Assembly (NCBI GenBank): GCA_963744145.1
Contig: CAVUSO010000001.1
Coordinates: 5,600,001-5,664,000, forward strand
Origin: an uncultured cyanobacterium
GTDB taxonomy: Bacteria > Cyanobacteriota > Cyanobacteriia > Cyanobacteriales > CAWUOF01
Direction: 5' to 3'
DNA length: 64,000 nt
Positions 1 to 9,709 of this stretch are shown piece after piece. Numbering within the stretch: the stretch's first letter is position 1; each line of letters opens with the position of its first letter. The notes beneath the pieces are model-generated. The model did no database searches. It was given only the letters and a program-made list of their open reading frames with translations, and was not told the DNA's origin. The translations under genes and the position numbers were made by a program.

Positions 1-473
1 ATTAGTACATCCGGTTGATGTAGTAATCCCGCAGCTAAATCAAGACGTTTACGCAGTCCTCCCGAATAGGTGCCCGTGCGTTGGTTAGCCCACTGCTGAA
101 GATTTAATAAAGATAGAATTTGATCAATTCTTGCTCTTGACAGATGCTTAGGTATATGATATATATCTGCTTGTAATTCTAACAATTCTCGGCCAGTCAG
201 CACTTTGTCTAGAGCAACTTCTTGAGCGACATAACCCAAACGTTGTCTAGCAGCTTTAGGGTTTTTGACCACATCAATTCCAGATACTTGAATTGTACCA
301 GCATCTGGGCTGGTCAGAGTACATATACAGCGGATCGTAGTAGTTTTTCCCGCACCGTTAGGTCCAAGTAATCCAAAAATTTCCCCAGATTGGATCTCAA
401 AGGATATGTCTTTAACTGCTTCTACATTACCGTAACGTTTTTGCAGGTTCTGGACGAAAATAGTAGTTGTCAT
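1..473 (-). CDS. ABC transporter ATP-binding protein (DrrA/multidrug type), runs off the left edge
   Basis: Manual translation from CAT at 471-473 gives MTTTIFVQNLQKRYGNVEAVKDISFEIQSGEIFGLLGPNGAGKTT (Walker A) ... YSGGLRKRLDLAAGLLHQPDVL (ABC signature). Confidence 0.9.
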   Translation of the reverse strand, partial: MTTTIFVQNLQKRYGNVEAVKDISFEIQSGEIFGLLGPNGAGKTTTIRCICTLTSPDAGTIQVSGIDVVKNPKAARQRLGYVAQEVALDKVLTGRELLELQADIYHIPKHLSRARIDQILSLLNLQQWANQRTGTYSGGLRKRLDLAAGLLHQPDVL

Positions 474-668
474 AGTTATATTTATGGCCTCAGATTTGAT
501 ACAAATCTCAACAATCTCTGATTATATATTAGTCCAGATGGAAAATTTGTCCTCGTTCAGGTTATAATCTGTTTTTTCCTAGTCTTCCTTCTGAGAGTTG
601 TCACAGGGACCTGGTGCTAATAAAACTGGGGATTGATCCTAGATCTGATTAAAGAAAAAACAAGCTGC

Positions 669-1034
669 TTAAGTAGTTGGGTGATCACCTTGATCACGCT
701 GATTGAGCAGAATATCAAGAATACGACGATTCTCTAATTGCATTCCGCGAATCTCAGACTGCTGTTGGACGATAATTTCCTGGAGGTGGGTCATTCTTTC
801 CTGATGTTGAGCGATAATTTCCTGGAAGTGGGTCATGCTTTGGAATAACTGCGATCGCTCTTCGTTTGCTTCTGCTGCTACATTAGCTAGAGATTGAATG
901 ACTCGCGCATTACTCTCGATCAGACGATCATGTTTTTCAAACAGACGATTATGATCTTCTATTGCACGAGCATTATTTTCTGTCAAACTTGCTAAACGGT
1001 CTAGTCTTTCATCATCCCAACGTTCTGTACTCAT
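669..1034 (-). CDS. Small coiled-coil hypothetical protein
   Basis: 121-aa ORF with heptad-like composition and an internal 42-bp duplication (MTHFQEII / MTHLQEII; nt 771-794 vs 813-836). Confidence 0.7.
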   Translation of the reverse strand: MSTERWDDERLDRLASLTENNARAIEDHNRLFEKHDRLIESNARVIQSLANVAAEANEERSQLFQSMTHFQEIIAQHQERMTHLQEIIVQQQSEIRGMQLENRRILDILLNQRDQGDHPTT

Positions 1035-1123
1035 ATTTTTTGCTCCTAACTCTAAGTTTAATACTCAATTAAATATTTTATTATATCAAGCCTGACTGAG
1101 CAACTCTAAATTAGTCTAGTTGA

Positions 1124-1248
1124 TCCCAATTTACGGTGAAGTTGCACAGATATAGATCCCCCTTAAAAAGGGGGACTTTGAATTCCGGCTCCCCCTTAAA
1201 AAGGGGGTTGGGGGGATCAATTCTATGCAGCTTCATCAAAAATTGGGA
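1124..1248. mobile_element. MITE with imperfect TIRs, 3-bp TGA TSD and internal CCCCCTTAAAAAGGGGG palindromes
   Basis: tga|tcccaatttacggtgaagttgca ... tgcagcttcatcaaaaattggga|tga; same end motif as the element at 37067-37363. Confidence 0.7.
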
Positions 1249-1609
1249 TGAGTCATAAAATCAATAACATAGTCATAAATAGCACAGTAGAGATCACAAT
1301 ACTATTAACAAATTTTTGAATTGCCAAGATAGAATAATCATGATTAAGTAATTGCTTTCCCATCAAAAATCAAGGGAGTTAAGATCAAATTCTAAAAATG
1401 ATCCTGACGATATATTTTTCATGATCATAATTTTAATTTTATGATAAACTTATATTAATCTAATCATAGGAAAAATTAAATATAATTATGCTTAATCACT
1501 ATTTTAACATTTTATAGAGAAGTTTCCCAGGAGATTAAAGCAAACTTGATCAATGTGTTATAATAGTTTACTGGTTGTCTAAGCAAATATAGCTAATTAG
1601 AAAATATTT

Positions 1610-2563
1610 ATGTCCAAACTATTATTAAGGACAATTAACCCCCGTTTTTATCGAAATCTTTCTTCTTTATTAATCGTTTATAGCATGATTTTTGGTTGCA
1701 CAACGAACATTTCTCAGCCTAATGCTACGGTAAATAGTCATAATTTAACCGGGCAGAGTGAACCAAATTCAGAAGTATTAAAATTAGCAATTATTCCGGC
1801 AATAAGTGCAGATAAACAACAAGAAGAAATGAAAGCTTTATCTAGCTATTTAGAAAAATCTCTAGGAAGAAAAGTGAGCTTTCAGATTACCAAAGATTAT
1901 GATGAAGGAGTTGATTTACTGGTGACAGAAAAAGTTCAAATTGCTTTTTTAGGACCATTAACCTACGTGAAAGCTCGAGCCAGAAATCCTCAATTAGAAG
2001 CGATCGCAGCTCCGATTGATCAAAATACTGGTAGACCTTGGTATACCAGTATAATTGTCGTTGATACTCATAAAAATATCAAAACTTTAGCAGATTTAAA
2101 AGGTAAACGTTTTGGATTTGTGAATAAATCGTCAACATCTGGTTACTTAGTACCAACAGTACATTTAAAAAAGAGCGGGATTGAACCAGAACAAGATTTT
2201 AGCGAAATTAAATATTTTGGTAGTCACGATAAATCAGTTGATGGTTTAGCATCAGGATTAGTCGATGCAATTTCCATTGACTTAGGAGCTTATAATCAGG
2301 GTAAAAAAGATAAAATTAAGTCTGAACAGTACGAGCGGATTTGGGAATCTACACCAATTCCAACATCACCAATTGTTATTTCCACGAAACTTAATCCTCA
2401 GCTAATTTCTGATCTGAAAAAATCATTAATTAATGCACCAGAAGGATTATTAGAGATTGGAGGTACTAAATCAGCAGGATATACATTAGTCCAAGATATG
2501 GATTATGAACCGATTAGACAACTTCAACAGAGTTTTGCAACCACATCCGGTCAAAAAAAATGA
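1610..2563 (+). CDS. Phosphate/phosphite/phosphonate-type (PhnD-like) substrate-binding lipoprotein
   Basis: Lipobox-like IFGC; motifs LADLKGKRFGFVNKSSTSGYLVP, GSHD and WESTPIP typical of the PhnD family. Confidence 0.85.
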   Translation: MSKLLLRTINPRFYRNLSSLLIVYSMIFGCTTNISQPNATVNSHNLTGQSEPNSEVLKLAIIPAISADKQQEEMKALSSYLEKSLGRKVSFQITKDYDEGVDLLVTEKVQIAFLGPLTYVKARARNPQLEAIAAPIDQNTGRPWYTSIIVVDTHKNIKTLADLKGKRFGFVNKSSTSGYLVPTVHLKKSGIEPEQDFSEIKYFGSHDKSVDGLASGLVDAISIDLGAYNQGKKDKIKSEQYERIWESTPIPTSPIVISTKLNPQLISDLKKSLINAPEGLLEIGGTKSAGYTLVQDMDYEPIRQLQQSFATTSGQKK

Positions 2564-4374
2564 AAATTTGGCAAAAATTTATTGGTTCTTCTTTAATCGT
2601 AGCTGGATTAGTATCTGGTCTAATGGGTGGTAGTGCTTTGATCAGCAGACAAGCAGAAAGATCCGCAGAAATTAGTCGAGATCAAACGATTAGAGCGCTG
2701 ACTATTTCCTTAAATTTGCAACTTTACTTAAGAGACCAGACTTTAGCATTAAAAGATTTTATTTTATTAAATCGGAATAGCTTAGATTTAGCAGAGTATG
2801 AAAAATCTCTGTCTAAGTTTATGACTAATATCAATGAACTCAAAGTATTGATACCAGATTCTACTGACTTAGCAATTATTGATAAACGTCATCAATTTTT
2901 AGTCCGGTTAGCTAATGAAATTAGTAATAATCCTACTACTTTAGAAAAATCCCAACAAGACCTCCGGGCGATTAATTCTTTTAATAAGGATATTGATTTT
3001 TATCTAGATTTGCTGACTAAAAATGCTCAAAAACAAGATGAATTAGCTAAAAAACAATTAGAAATAGTTAAACAAAATACTAGCTTTATTAGCCAATTAG
3101 GCTTAATTATTATCCTATTAGTTTTTATCGGTCAGTTTGTGTTTATCTTACTACCAGTTATTAAGTCTATTCAAAAATTATACTTAGGAGCAATCACAAT
3201 TGGAGCCGGTAATTTAGATTATCGTTTCGATATTCATACCAAAGATGAAATTGCTCAACTTGCTGATGAATTCAATCAGATGGCAAAAAAACTATCGGAA
3301 TTTTATCATTCTTTGGAATTAAAGGTAATAGATCGGACTGCTGAACTAGTCCGAGTGAACCAAAATTTAGAAACGGAAATTGCCGAACGTAAGCTAATGG
3401 AAAATGCTCTCCGGGAATCAGAAGAAAGGGAACGTCATAAAAATAAACAGATTGAACAAACTTTGCATGAATTAAAAAAAGCTCAATCCCAATTAATTCA
3501 AACTGAAAAGATGTCTAGTTTGGGGCAATTAGTAGCAGGTATTGCCCATGAAATCAATAATCCAGTTAATTTTATTTATGGCAATCTCAATTATACTAAT
3601 CAATATATTGAAGATTTATTAGCAATGATTGCGCTTTATCAAAAGCACTATCCTCAACCTCCTTTAGAAATTCAGGAGCATACAGAAGAGATCGAATTTA
3701 ACTTTTTACTCGCAGATTTGCCCAAAATGCTAGAATCCATGAAAGGTGGGGCTGAACGTATCCGTCAAATTGTGCTGAGTCTGAGAAATTTTTCTCGTCT
3801 TGATGAATCAGATATGAAATTAGTAGATATCCATACCGGAATAGAGAGTACATTATTAATCTTACAAAGTCGCTTGAAAAATCGACAAGAAGGTAATAAA
3901 ATTAAACTGATTAAAGAATATGGTAATTTACCAGAGGTAGAGTGCTATGCGGGACAACTAAATCAAGTTTTTCTCAATATTCTCAATAATGCAATTGATG
4001 CTTTAGAGAGCGATCGCAGTTTTTCAAAAGCAGAAAACAACTATTCTGGGCAAATTAAAATTCGCACCTTACTGGTAAATTCTACAGAAATTGCTGTGAT
4101 CATTGCAGACAATGGTGCTGGAATGACGGAAGAAGTCAAAAACCGACTATTTGACCCTTTTTTTACTACTAAACCTGTGGGTAAAGGGACAGGATTAGGG
4201 TTATCAATTAGCTATCAGATTATTGTCGAAAAACATGGAGGAATATTACGGTGTGAGTCAGAATTAGGAAAAGGTACAGAATTTTGGCTCCAAATTCCAA
4301 TCAAGCAAACCCAAAAAAGCCCCAGTCATGATGTTGACAATCATCATCAAAAAGAGCTATCTTATTTACATTAA
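2560..4374 (+). CDS. Membrane sensor histidine kinase (periplasmic helical domain, HAMP, HisKA, HATPase)
   Basis: Two TM segments, HAMP (DEIAQLADEFNQM), H-box AHEINNP, N-box NAIDA, G-boxes DNGAG and GTGLGL; ATGA overlap with the upstream gene. Confidence 0.9.
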   Translation: MKIWQKFIGSSLIVAGLVSGLMGGSALISRQAERSAEISRDQTIRALTISLNLQLYLRDQTLALKDFILLNRNSLDLAEYEKSLSKFMTNINELKVLIPDSTDLAIIDKRHQFLVRLANEISNNPTTLEKSQQDLRAINSFNKDIDFYLDLLTKNAQKQDELAKKQLEIVKQNTSFISQLGLIIILLVFIGQFVFILLPVIKSIQKLYLGAITIGAGNLDYRFDIHTKDEIAQLADEFNQMAKKLSEFYHSLELKVIDRTAELVRVNQNLETEIAERKLMENALRESEERERHKNKQIEQTLHELKKAQSQLIQTEKMSSLGQLVAGIAHEINNPVNFIYGNLNYTNQYIEDLLAMIALYQKHYPQPPLEIQEHTEEIEFNFLLADLPKMLESMKGGAERIRQIVLSLRNFSRLDESDMKLVDIHTGIESTLLILQSRLKNRQEGNKIKLIKEYGNLPEVECYAGQLNQVFLNILNNAIDALESDRSFSKAENNYSGQIKIRTLLVNSTEIAVIIADNGAGMTEEVKNRLFDPFFTTKPVGKGTGLGLSISYQIIVEKHGGILRCESELGKGTEFWLQIPIKQTQKSPSHDVDNHHQKELSYLH

Positions 4375-4389
4375 CATTACCACTTTATT

Positions 4390-4830
4390 ATGACTATTTA
4401 TTTCTATAGTACCCGCGATCGCTATGGTTGCTTTTCTAACTTTTCCTCCCACGGATTTGAATTAGATGGACTCTATTGGGTAACGAGTGAACACTATTTT
4501 CAAGCCCAAAAATTTGTGGGAACACCTCATTTGGAAAAAATTCGACAAGCAAAAACCCCTAAAGATGCTGCCCAAATGGGACGCGATCGACAAAGACCTC
4601 TCCGTTCTGATTGGGAAGCAGTAAAAGATCAGATCATGTATCAAGCAGTGCTACGCAAATTTGCAACTCATCCAGATATTAGAGAAATACTGTTATCGAC
4701 AGAAGATGAAGAAATTGTCGAAAATTCTCCCATTGATTATTATTGGGGTTGTGGTGCAGATGGAAGTGGCAAAAATCGGTTAGGAGAAATCTTAATGTCG
4801 GTCAGAAAAACCTTACGTGAACACTTGTGA
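4390..4830 (+). CDS. NADAR (YbiA-like) family protein
   Basis: FSNFS, TSEHYFQAQKF, DYYWGCG and GKNRLGEILM motifs. Confidence 0.9.
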   Translation: MTIYFYSTRDRYGCFSNFSSHGFELDGLYWVTSEHYFQAQKFVGTPHLEKIRQAKTPKDAAQMGRDRQRPLRSDWEAVKDQIMYQAVLRKFATHPDIREILLSTEDEEIVENSPIDYYWGCGADGSGKNRLGEILMSVRKTLREHL

Positions 4831-4981
4831 GTTAGGCAAAAAAATGTTATTTTGTAAAAATAATTCAGTTTTTACCAAATTTATACGGATTAATCTAATT
4901 TCTACTCCAAGTTGTGGTATAGGTAAATAGAATAAGATGGCAAGCTCAATGTTCACGACTTGTAATAGAGATCAATAAATT

Positions 4982-5356
4982 ATGTCAACATTGTTTGAAA
5001 AGCTCGGTGGGTCTAATGCTGTTACCCTAGCAGTAGATAAGTTCTATGAGCGTGTATTGAATGATGAGCGAGTGAAGCACTTTTTTGTAGGGGTAGACAT
5101 GGCTAAACAAAAAGCTCATCAACGGGCTTTTTTGACCTATGCTTTTGGAGGAGCGGGGAAATATGATGGAAATACCATGCGTAAAGCTCATCAAAAGTTA
5201 GTAGAAGAACAAGGTCTAAGTGGAGAACATTTTGATGCGATCGCCGAAGATTTGATCGCAACTCTCCAAGAGTTAGGAATCCCTCAGAATTTAATTGATG
5301 AAGTAGCAGCAATTGCTGGGAGTCCGAGCCATCGTCGGGATGTACTTAATCAGTAA
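4982..5356 (+). CDS. glbN: Group I truncated hemoglobin (cyanoglobin)
   Basis: MSTLFEKLGG...FYERVL.D...QKAHQRAFLTYAFGG...MRKAH...HFDAIAE, closely resembling Synechocystis GlbN. Confidence 0.92.
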   Translation: MSTLFEKLGGSNAVTLAVDKFYERVLNDERVKHFFVGVDMAKQKAHQRAFLTYAFGGAGKYDGNTMRKAHQKLVEEQGLSGEHFDAIAEDLIATLQELGIPQNLIDEVAAIAGSPSHRRDVLNQ

Positions 5357-5442
5357 GTTTGGCTCTTGGTGAGAATGCTCGCGATCGCTCATCATCTTTG
5401 GTAGCGATCGGTATATTACTAAATATTAAAATCTAAAAGTTA

Positions 5443-5838
5443 TTAATTTGATTTACCATCACTACCAAAATACTCCCGATAAGCAGAAACTTGATTACCA
5501 CTAATATCAAAAGAAATAGCAATGCGATTTTTATATAGTTCTCCTCTCATTTTTCCTTCGTCACGAAACTCGAAAACAACTGTAGTCTCATTGCTAGTAA
5601 CTCGGTCTAAAGTTACCGATAGTCCCCCACTAAAAGTTTCCGAAACAAAACCTACAAATTCACGAAATTTATCTTTACCAACGTTTAAACCATGATATTT
5701 ACCCATGGGAAACCAAAAGGTAAAATCTTCAGTGAGCATATCTATAAACAAATTCCAGTTTCCTGTTTCTAACCCATGAGTAAAGTGAGTAAATGCTTGC
5801 TGACCAATTGCTAGGGTCTGCTGTTGTGATCCGGTCAT
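5443..5838 (-). CDS. NTF2/SnoaL-like protein
   Basis: 131 aa with LTEDFTFWFP, VVFEFRDEG, YKNRIAISFD and YREYFG patterns. Confidence 0.75.
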   Translation of the reverse strand: MTGSQQQTLAIGQQAFTHFTHGLETGNWNLFIDMLTEDFTFWFPMGKYHGLNVGKDKFREFVGFVSETFSGGLSVTLDRVTSNETTVVFEFRDEGKMRGELYKNRIAISFDISGNQVSAYREYFGSDGKSN

Positions 5839-6377
5839 GATTTTCTCAGTTTATTATTTTACCTATTTAAAATATCATACATTCTCGCGATCGCCCTTTT
5901 ACTTATTCTCAACTTGATTCTGTCTGGATACATTATGTAAACGCATAAATTTTTTATGAATGCACAAAGTGAGAGTTTTGTCAATTTTTTTTGATCAGCG
6001 TACTCTCGTAAAAATACGGATATATTAAGTTATTTAAATCATGAATAAGAGTCTAGTACCATATTATATTTCAGATCAAGACTAAAATTAGCATAACTTT
6101 AGTTAATGGATCGAAACCAAAAAATTAAATAAAAATTTATAAATTCTGATCGACTTTATTGTAGCAATAATAGCTAAAATAGGGTTATACTTTTGGAAGA
6201 GCAATGAAATTAAAGTCAGGGCTTGCCAAAAATGAAGTTTCGTAAAAGTAAGTTGAGGTAATTTGAAATTTTAAAAAAAAGTTAAATATGATTGCTAATT
6301 ACTTACTTTTGTAAAGAATATTGATGGCAAAAATATTTAATCCAAAAGTAAAGGAATCCGCAAAGCAGGAGATAAAT

Positions 6378-6743
6378 ATGAAACAGATTTTGGTGGTAGA
6401 TGATTCATCGACCATGCGTCGCATGGTGATGGCATCATTGCAAAATTTGCAAGATGTAAAGTTTGATCAAGCTAGCAATGGTTTAGAAGCAGTCGAACAA
6501 TTGGCCATGAAAGTATTCGATTTGATGATTCTCGACTTAAATATGCCGGAGATGCACGGTATGGATGTGCTTAAGTTTGTGCGTGAGCATAATAATTTTA
6601 AGCAAATTCCCATTATTGTACTCAGCACAAAAGGAGATAACTTTACCCAGATCACGGCTATTACTGCGGGGGCATCACACTATATGACTAAACCTTTTGA
6701 GCCACAAATTCTGGCGGAACAGGTCAAGGCTTTATTAGAATAA
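6378..6743 (+). CDS. cheY: Single-domain response regulator CheY
   Basis: ILVVDDS...LDLNMP...YMTKPF; AGGAG RBS precedes ATG 6378; first gene of the che operon. Confidence 0.88.
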   Translation: MKQILVVDDSSTMRRMVMASLQNLQDVKFDQASNGLEAVEQLAMKVFDLMILDLNMPEMHGMDVLKFVREHNNFKQIPIIVLSTKGDNFTQITAITAGASHYMTKPFEPQILAEQVKALLE

Positions 6744-6937
6744 ACAAAATCAATTCAAACATCATCACGCCAATGACCAGCAAGTGAGGTGAAGCGATCG
6801 CAGATAAAAATGCCAAAATCGGTGACTTGAGTTTGGGTAGATCCAAGTTCTTGCTGAATCAAAACAAGGTTGGGAGTGTTCACCAAGTAATTAGACAGCA
6901 AAAACTTGTGGAATGCAGAGGATTTATCGTAGTAGCT

Positions 6938-9118
6938 ATGGCGGAAACAAACAATTTTTTTGCTGAATTTCTTGATGATTACTTTGCGGAATGCGACGAA
7001 CATTTGACCCTAATCCGGCGCAACTTACTTGCTATTGATCACCAACTAGAAAAAGGAGAGATAGAACCACAAACTCTCGAAGAAATGCTGCGAAGCTTTC
7101 ACTCGCTTAAAGGATTATCAGGGATGGTAAGTGTTAAAGAAGCCGAGCAATTATCCCATCAAATCGAAAGCTATTTACGAGGACTGCGATCGCAAGAAAT
7201 CATCGTAAATACTGAGGGAATTAATATTTTAATAGCGGGCATCAAGATGCTAGAATTAGTCATCAATAATCGTCGCGCTAACCAACCTGCTCCCGATATT
7301 AACCCAGTTTTGGTCCAACTAGAAAAACTGTTCCCAAAACCAGCAGAAGAGTCAGGATTGATGCGCTCAGAGCCAATAGCTAGTCATCAATCTGATGCTG
7401 ATGCAATTGGACTCAGGGATGTGCTAACAACTATTACCCCAAAAATCCCAGAAATTGATTTTCAACTTTCCCCCCAAGAAACCCAGAAAATCGAAGCAGC
7501 GATCGCCCTAAAAGAACGAATTTTTCACTTTGAGTTTTCACCAATATCAGAGCGAGTTGAACAAGGGATAAACGTCAACAATATTCGGGCTCGGTTACAG
7601 TCGATCGGCACCATTATTCATGCAGCACCTCGGGTCAAATCTGGGGATGGAATAGTGTTTGATTTTTTAGTAGCAACTTCAGGAGAAGAAACCGATTTTG
7701 CCCATTGGAAACAAGACGGATTACTTTATGAAATTTGGCAAATAGCACCCCAAGCACAGCCCGAAAACATCAGCCAAAACAGCCAAAAAACCACCGGAGA
7801 ATTAGCATCAGAAACAGATTTTACCACCAACACAATTACTACTGAAATTACTAAAAAAACTGCTTCAGTAGCAAGCAACGTAGTTCGAGTAGATTTAGCG
7901 AGACTAGATGAACTCATGCGAATAGTTGGGGAATTAGTAATTAGTCGCGCTCGCTTAGAAGATCACATTAAAAATCTCGCAGCAACTCTCAATGTACCAC
8001 AATTACGACCCTTACGAGAAAGCAACCAAGCCATAGAAAGACAATTGCGAGATTTGCGATCGAGCGTCATGAGAGTACGTCTAGTGCCGATCGGAGAATT
8101 ATTTGCGCGGATGCAATTTGCTGTGCGAGATTTAGCCAGAGAAAATCACAAAAAAGTTGTGGTAGAAGTGAGTGGAGAACAAACAGAAATCGACAAATTT
8201 GTAGTCGAAAGGATGATTGATCCGCTCCTCCATTTAGTGCGAAATGCAGTTGGTCACGGGTTAGAAACAGAAGCAGAAAGGGTGCGTGGTGGTAAATCCC
8301 CCGAAGGGAAACTAACTTTACGAGCTTTAACCGCTGGAGAAACAGTCATAATTCAAGTTGAAGATGATGGTAGAGGAATTGATGCTCAAAAGATCACTGA
8401 ACGTGCGGTGAAATTGGGGTTAATGAATGAAACTGAAAGAAAAGCAGCTCTAACCGTTTTAACTGAAGATGGAAATCAGGAAATTTTAGGAGGATTATTA
8501 CAAACAACCATCCTCGATATTTTGTGCTATCCAGGTTTTTCAATTCGGGAAAAAGCTGATTTAACTAGCGGACGGGGAGTGGGGATGACGATCGTTAAAA
8601 ATACAGTCCAAGAATTAGGAGGAATGATTACTCTCAATACTCATCCCGATCTCGGTACTCGGTTTACCATTCAATTACCTTTAACCTTAGCCATAGCTGA
8701 TGCTTTAATAGTTACTGTTGGTGAACAAACCTTTGCTGTACCTGAATCATTAGTTTTAGAAGTGATCGATATTCGCTCTGAAAAAATTGTGGTTTTAGAA
8801 AATAACGAAATCATTTCCTATCGCCATAGTGTTTTGCCCATAATTAGTCTGAGTAAATTCTTTAACATCAACGCAACTGCCCAAAAACCAGGTTATGTAT
8901 TTGTGGTTGGTACTAGAAACAATAATGATCGTTATTGTCATCATCTGCTGGGAATCGGAGTCGATCGCATTCTCGGAATGCGGGAAATAGTTGTACTTCC
9001 TCTCACCGATCCTCTAGTGCAAGTTCCTGGTATTTCTGGAGCTACTGAATTAGGAGATAGACAGGTAGTTTTAATCCTTGATCCTGGGGCAATTGGCAAA
9101 ATTAAAATCCAAAATTAA
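6938..9118 (+). CDS. cheA: Chemotaxis histidine kinase CheA (no C-terminal receiver domain)
   Basis: Hpt RSFHSLKGLS, dimerisation VRVDLARLDELM, HATPase NAVGHG/DDGRG/SGRGVGM, C-terminal CheW domain; ATG 6938 is the likelier start than the track's 6827. Confidence 0.93.
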   Translation: MAETNNFFAEFLDDYFAECDEHLTLIRRNLLAIDHQLEKGEIEPQTLEEMLRSFHSLKGLSGMVSVKEAEQLSHQIESYLRGLRSQEIIVNTEGINILIAGIKMLELVINNRRANQPAPDINPVLVQLEKLFPKPAEESGLMRSEPIASHQSDADAIGLRDVLTTITPKIPEIDFQLSPQETQKIEAAIALKERIFHFEFSPISERVEQGINVNNIRARLQSIGTIIHAAPRVKSGDGIVFDFLVATSGEETDFAHWKQDGLLYEIWQIAPQAQPENISQNSQKTTGELASETDFTTNTITTEITKKTASVASNVVRVDLARLDELMRIVGELVISRARLEDHIKNLAATLNVPQLRPLRESNQAIERQLRDLRSSVMRVRLVPIGELFARMQFAVRDLARENHKKVVVEVSGEQTEIDKFVVERMIDPLLHLVRNAVGHGLETEAERVRGGKSPEGKLTLRALTAGETVIIQVEDDGRGIDAQKITERAVKLGLMNETERKAALTVLTEDGNQEILGGLLQTTILDILCYPGFSIREKADLTSGRGVGMTIVKNTVQELGGMITLNTHPDLGTRFTIQLPLTLAIADALIVTVGEQTFAVPESLVLEVIDIRSEKIVVLENNEIISYRHSVLPIISLSKFFNINATAQKPGYVFVVGTRNNNDRYCHHLLGIGVDRILGMREIVVLPLTDPLVQVPGISGATELGDRQVVLILDPGAIGKIKIQN

Positions 9119-9196
9119 CTGTGAAAAATCATTTTTGCCTCCGCTTTAATTTTGGATATTTTTATCAAAAGATTGGGTAAATTACGATGAATACAG

Positions 9197-9694
9197 TTGA
9201 GTCAAATTATGTTAAATCCTGACCATGCCCAAACTGAACAAACAACTTTCATTTTATTTGAGCTAGCAGATACCATCTATGGAATTCAGTCCCAAATAGT
9301 CCAACAAATGGAAATGGTAGAGAGAATTACCCCCGTTCCTAATACTCCCGACTTTGTGGAAGGATTAGTTTTTTCTCGCGGTCAAGTAATTCCAGCGATT
9401 GATTTGCGGGTAAGATTTGGATTTAAAAAAATACCTTACGATACCCGATCGCGGTTAATTGTCATTCATACCAGCAACCGGACTGTTGGATTAATCGCCG
9501 ATACAGCTAGAGAATTTGTGACCATTTCTAGTAATATTATTATGCCACCTCCCGAAGGAATTTCTGGATTAAGCAGCAAATATTTAGTCGGAGTAGCTAA
9601 TTTATCTGACCGTCTAATCTTGATTGTCAATCCGGCTGAATTAATCAATATTATAGAGCCAATATCATCAAGCATAAAAATCAGCTCAAACTAA
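9197..9694 (+). CDS. cheW: CheW coupling protein
   Basis: ITPVPNTPDFVEGLVFSRGQVIPAIDLRVRF. Confidence 0.92.
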   Translation: MSQIMLNPDHAQTEQTTFILFELADTIYGIQSQIVQQMEMVERITPVPNTPDFVEGLVFSRGQVIPAIDLRVRFGFKKIPYDTRSRLIVIHTSNRTVGLIADTAREFVTISSNIIMPPPEGISGLSSKYLVGVANLSDRLILIVNPAELINIIEPISSSIKISSN

Positions 9695-9709
9695 GGAGAA
9701 TCATTAACT

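Noticed and set aside
1485..1512. Pho box upstream of the phnD-like gene
   Set aside because: YTTAAYYW-like units are present but not at the 11-bp period, and the region is very AT-rich
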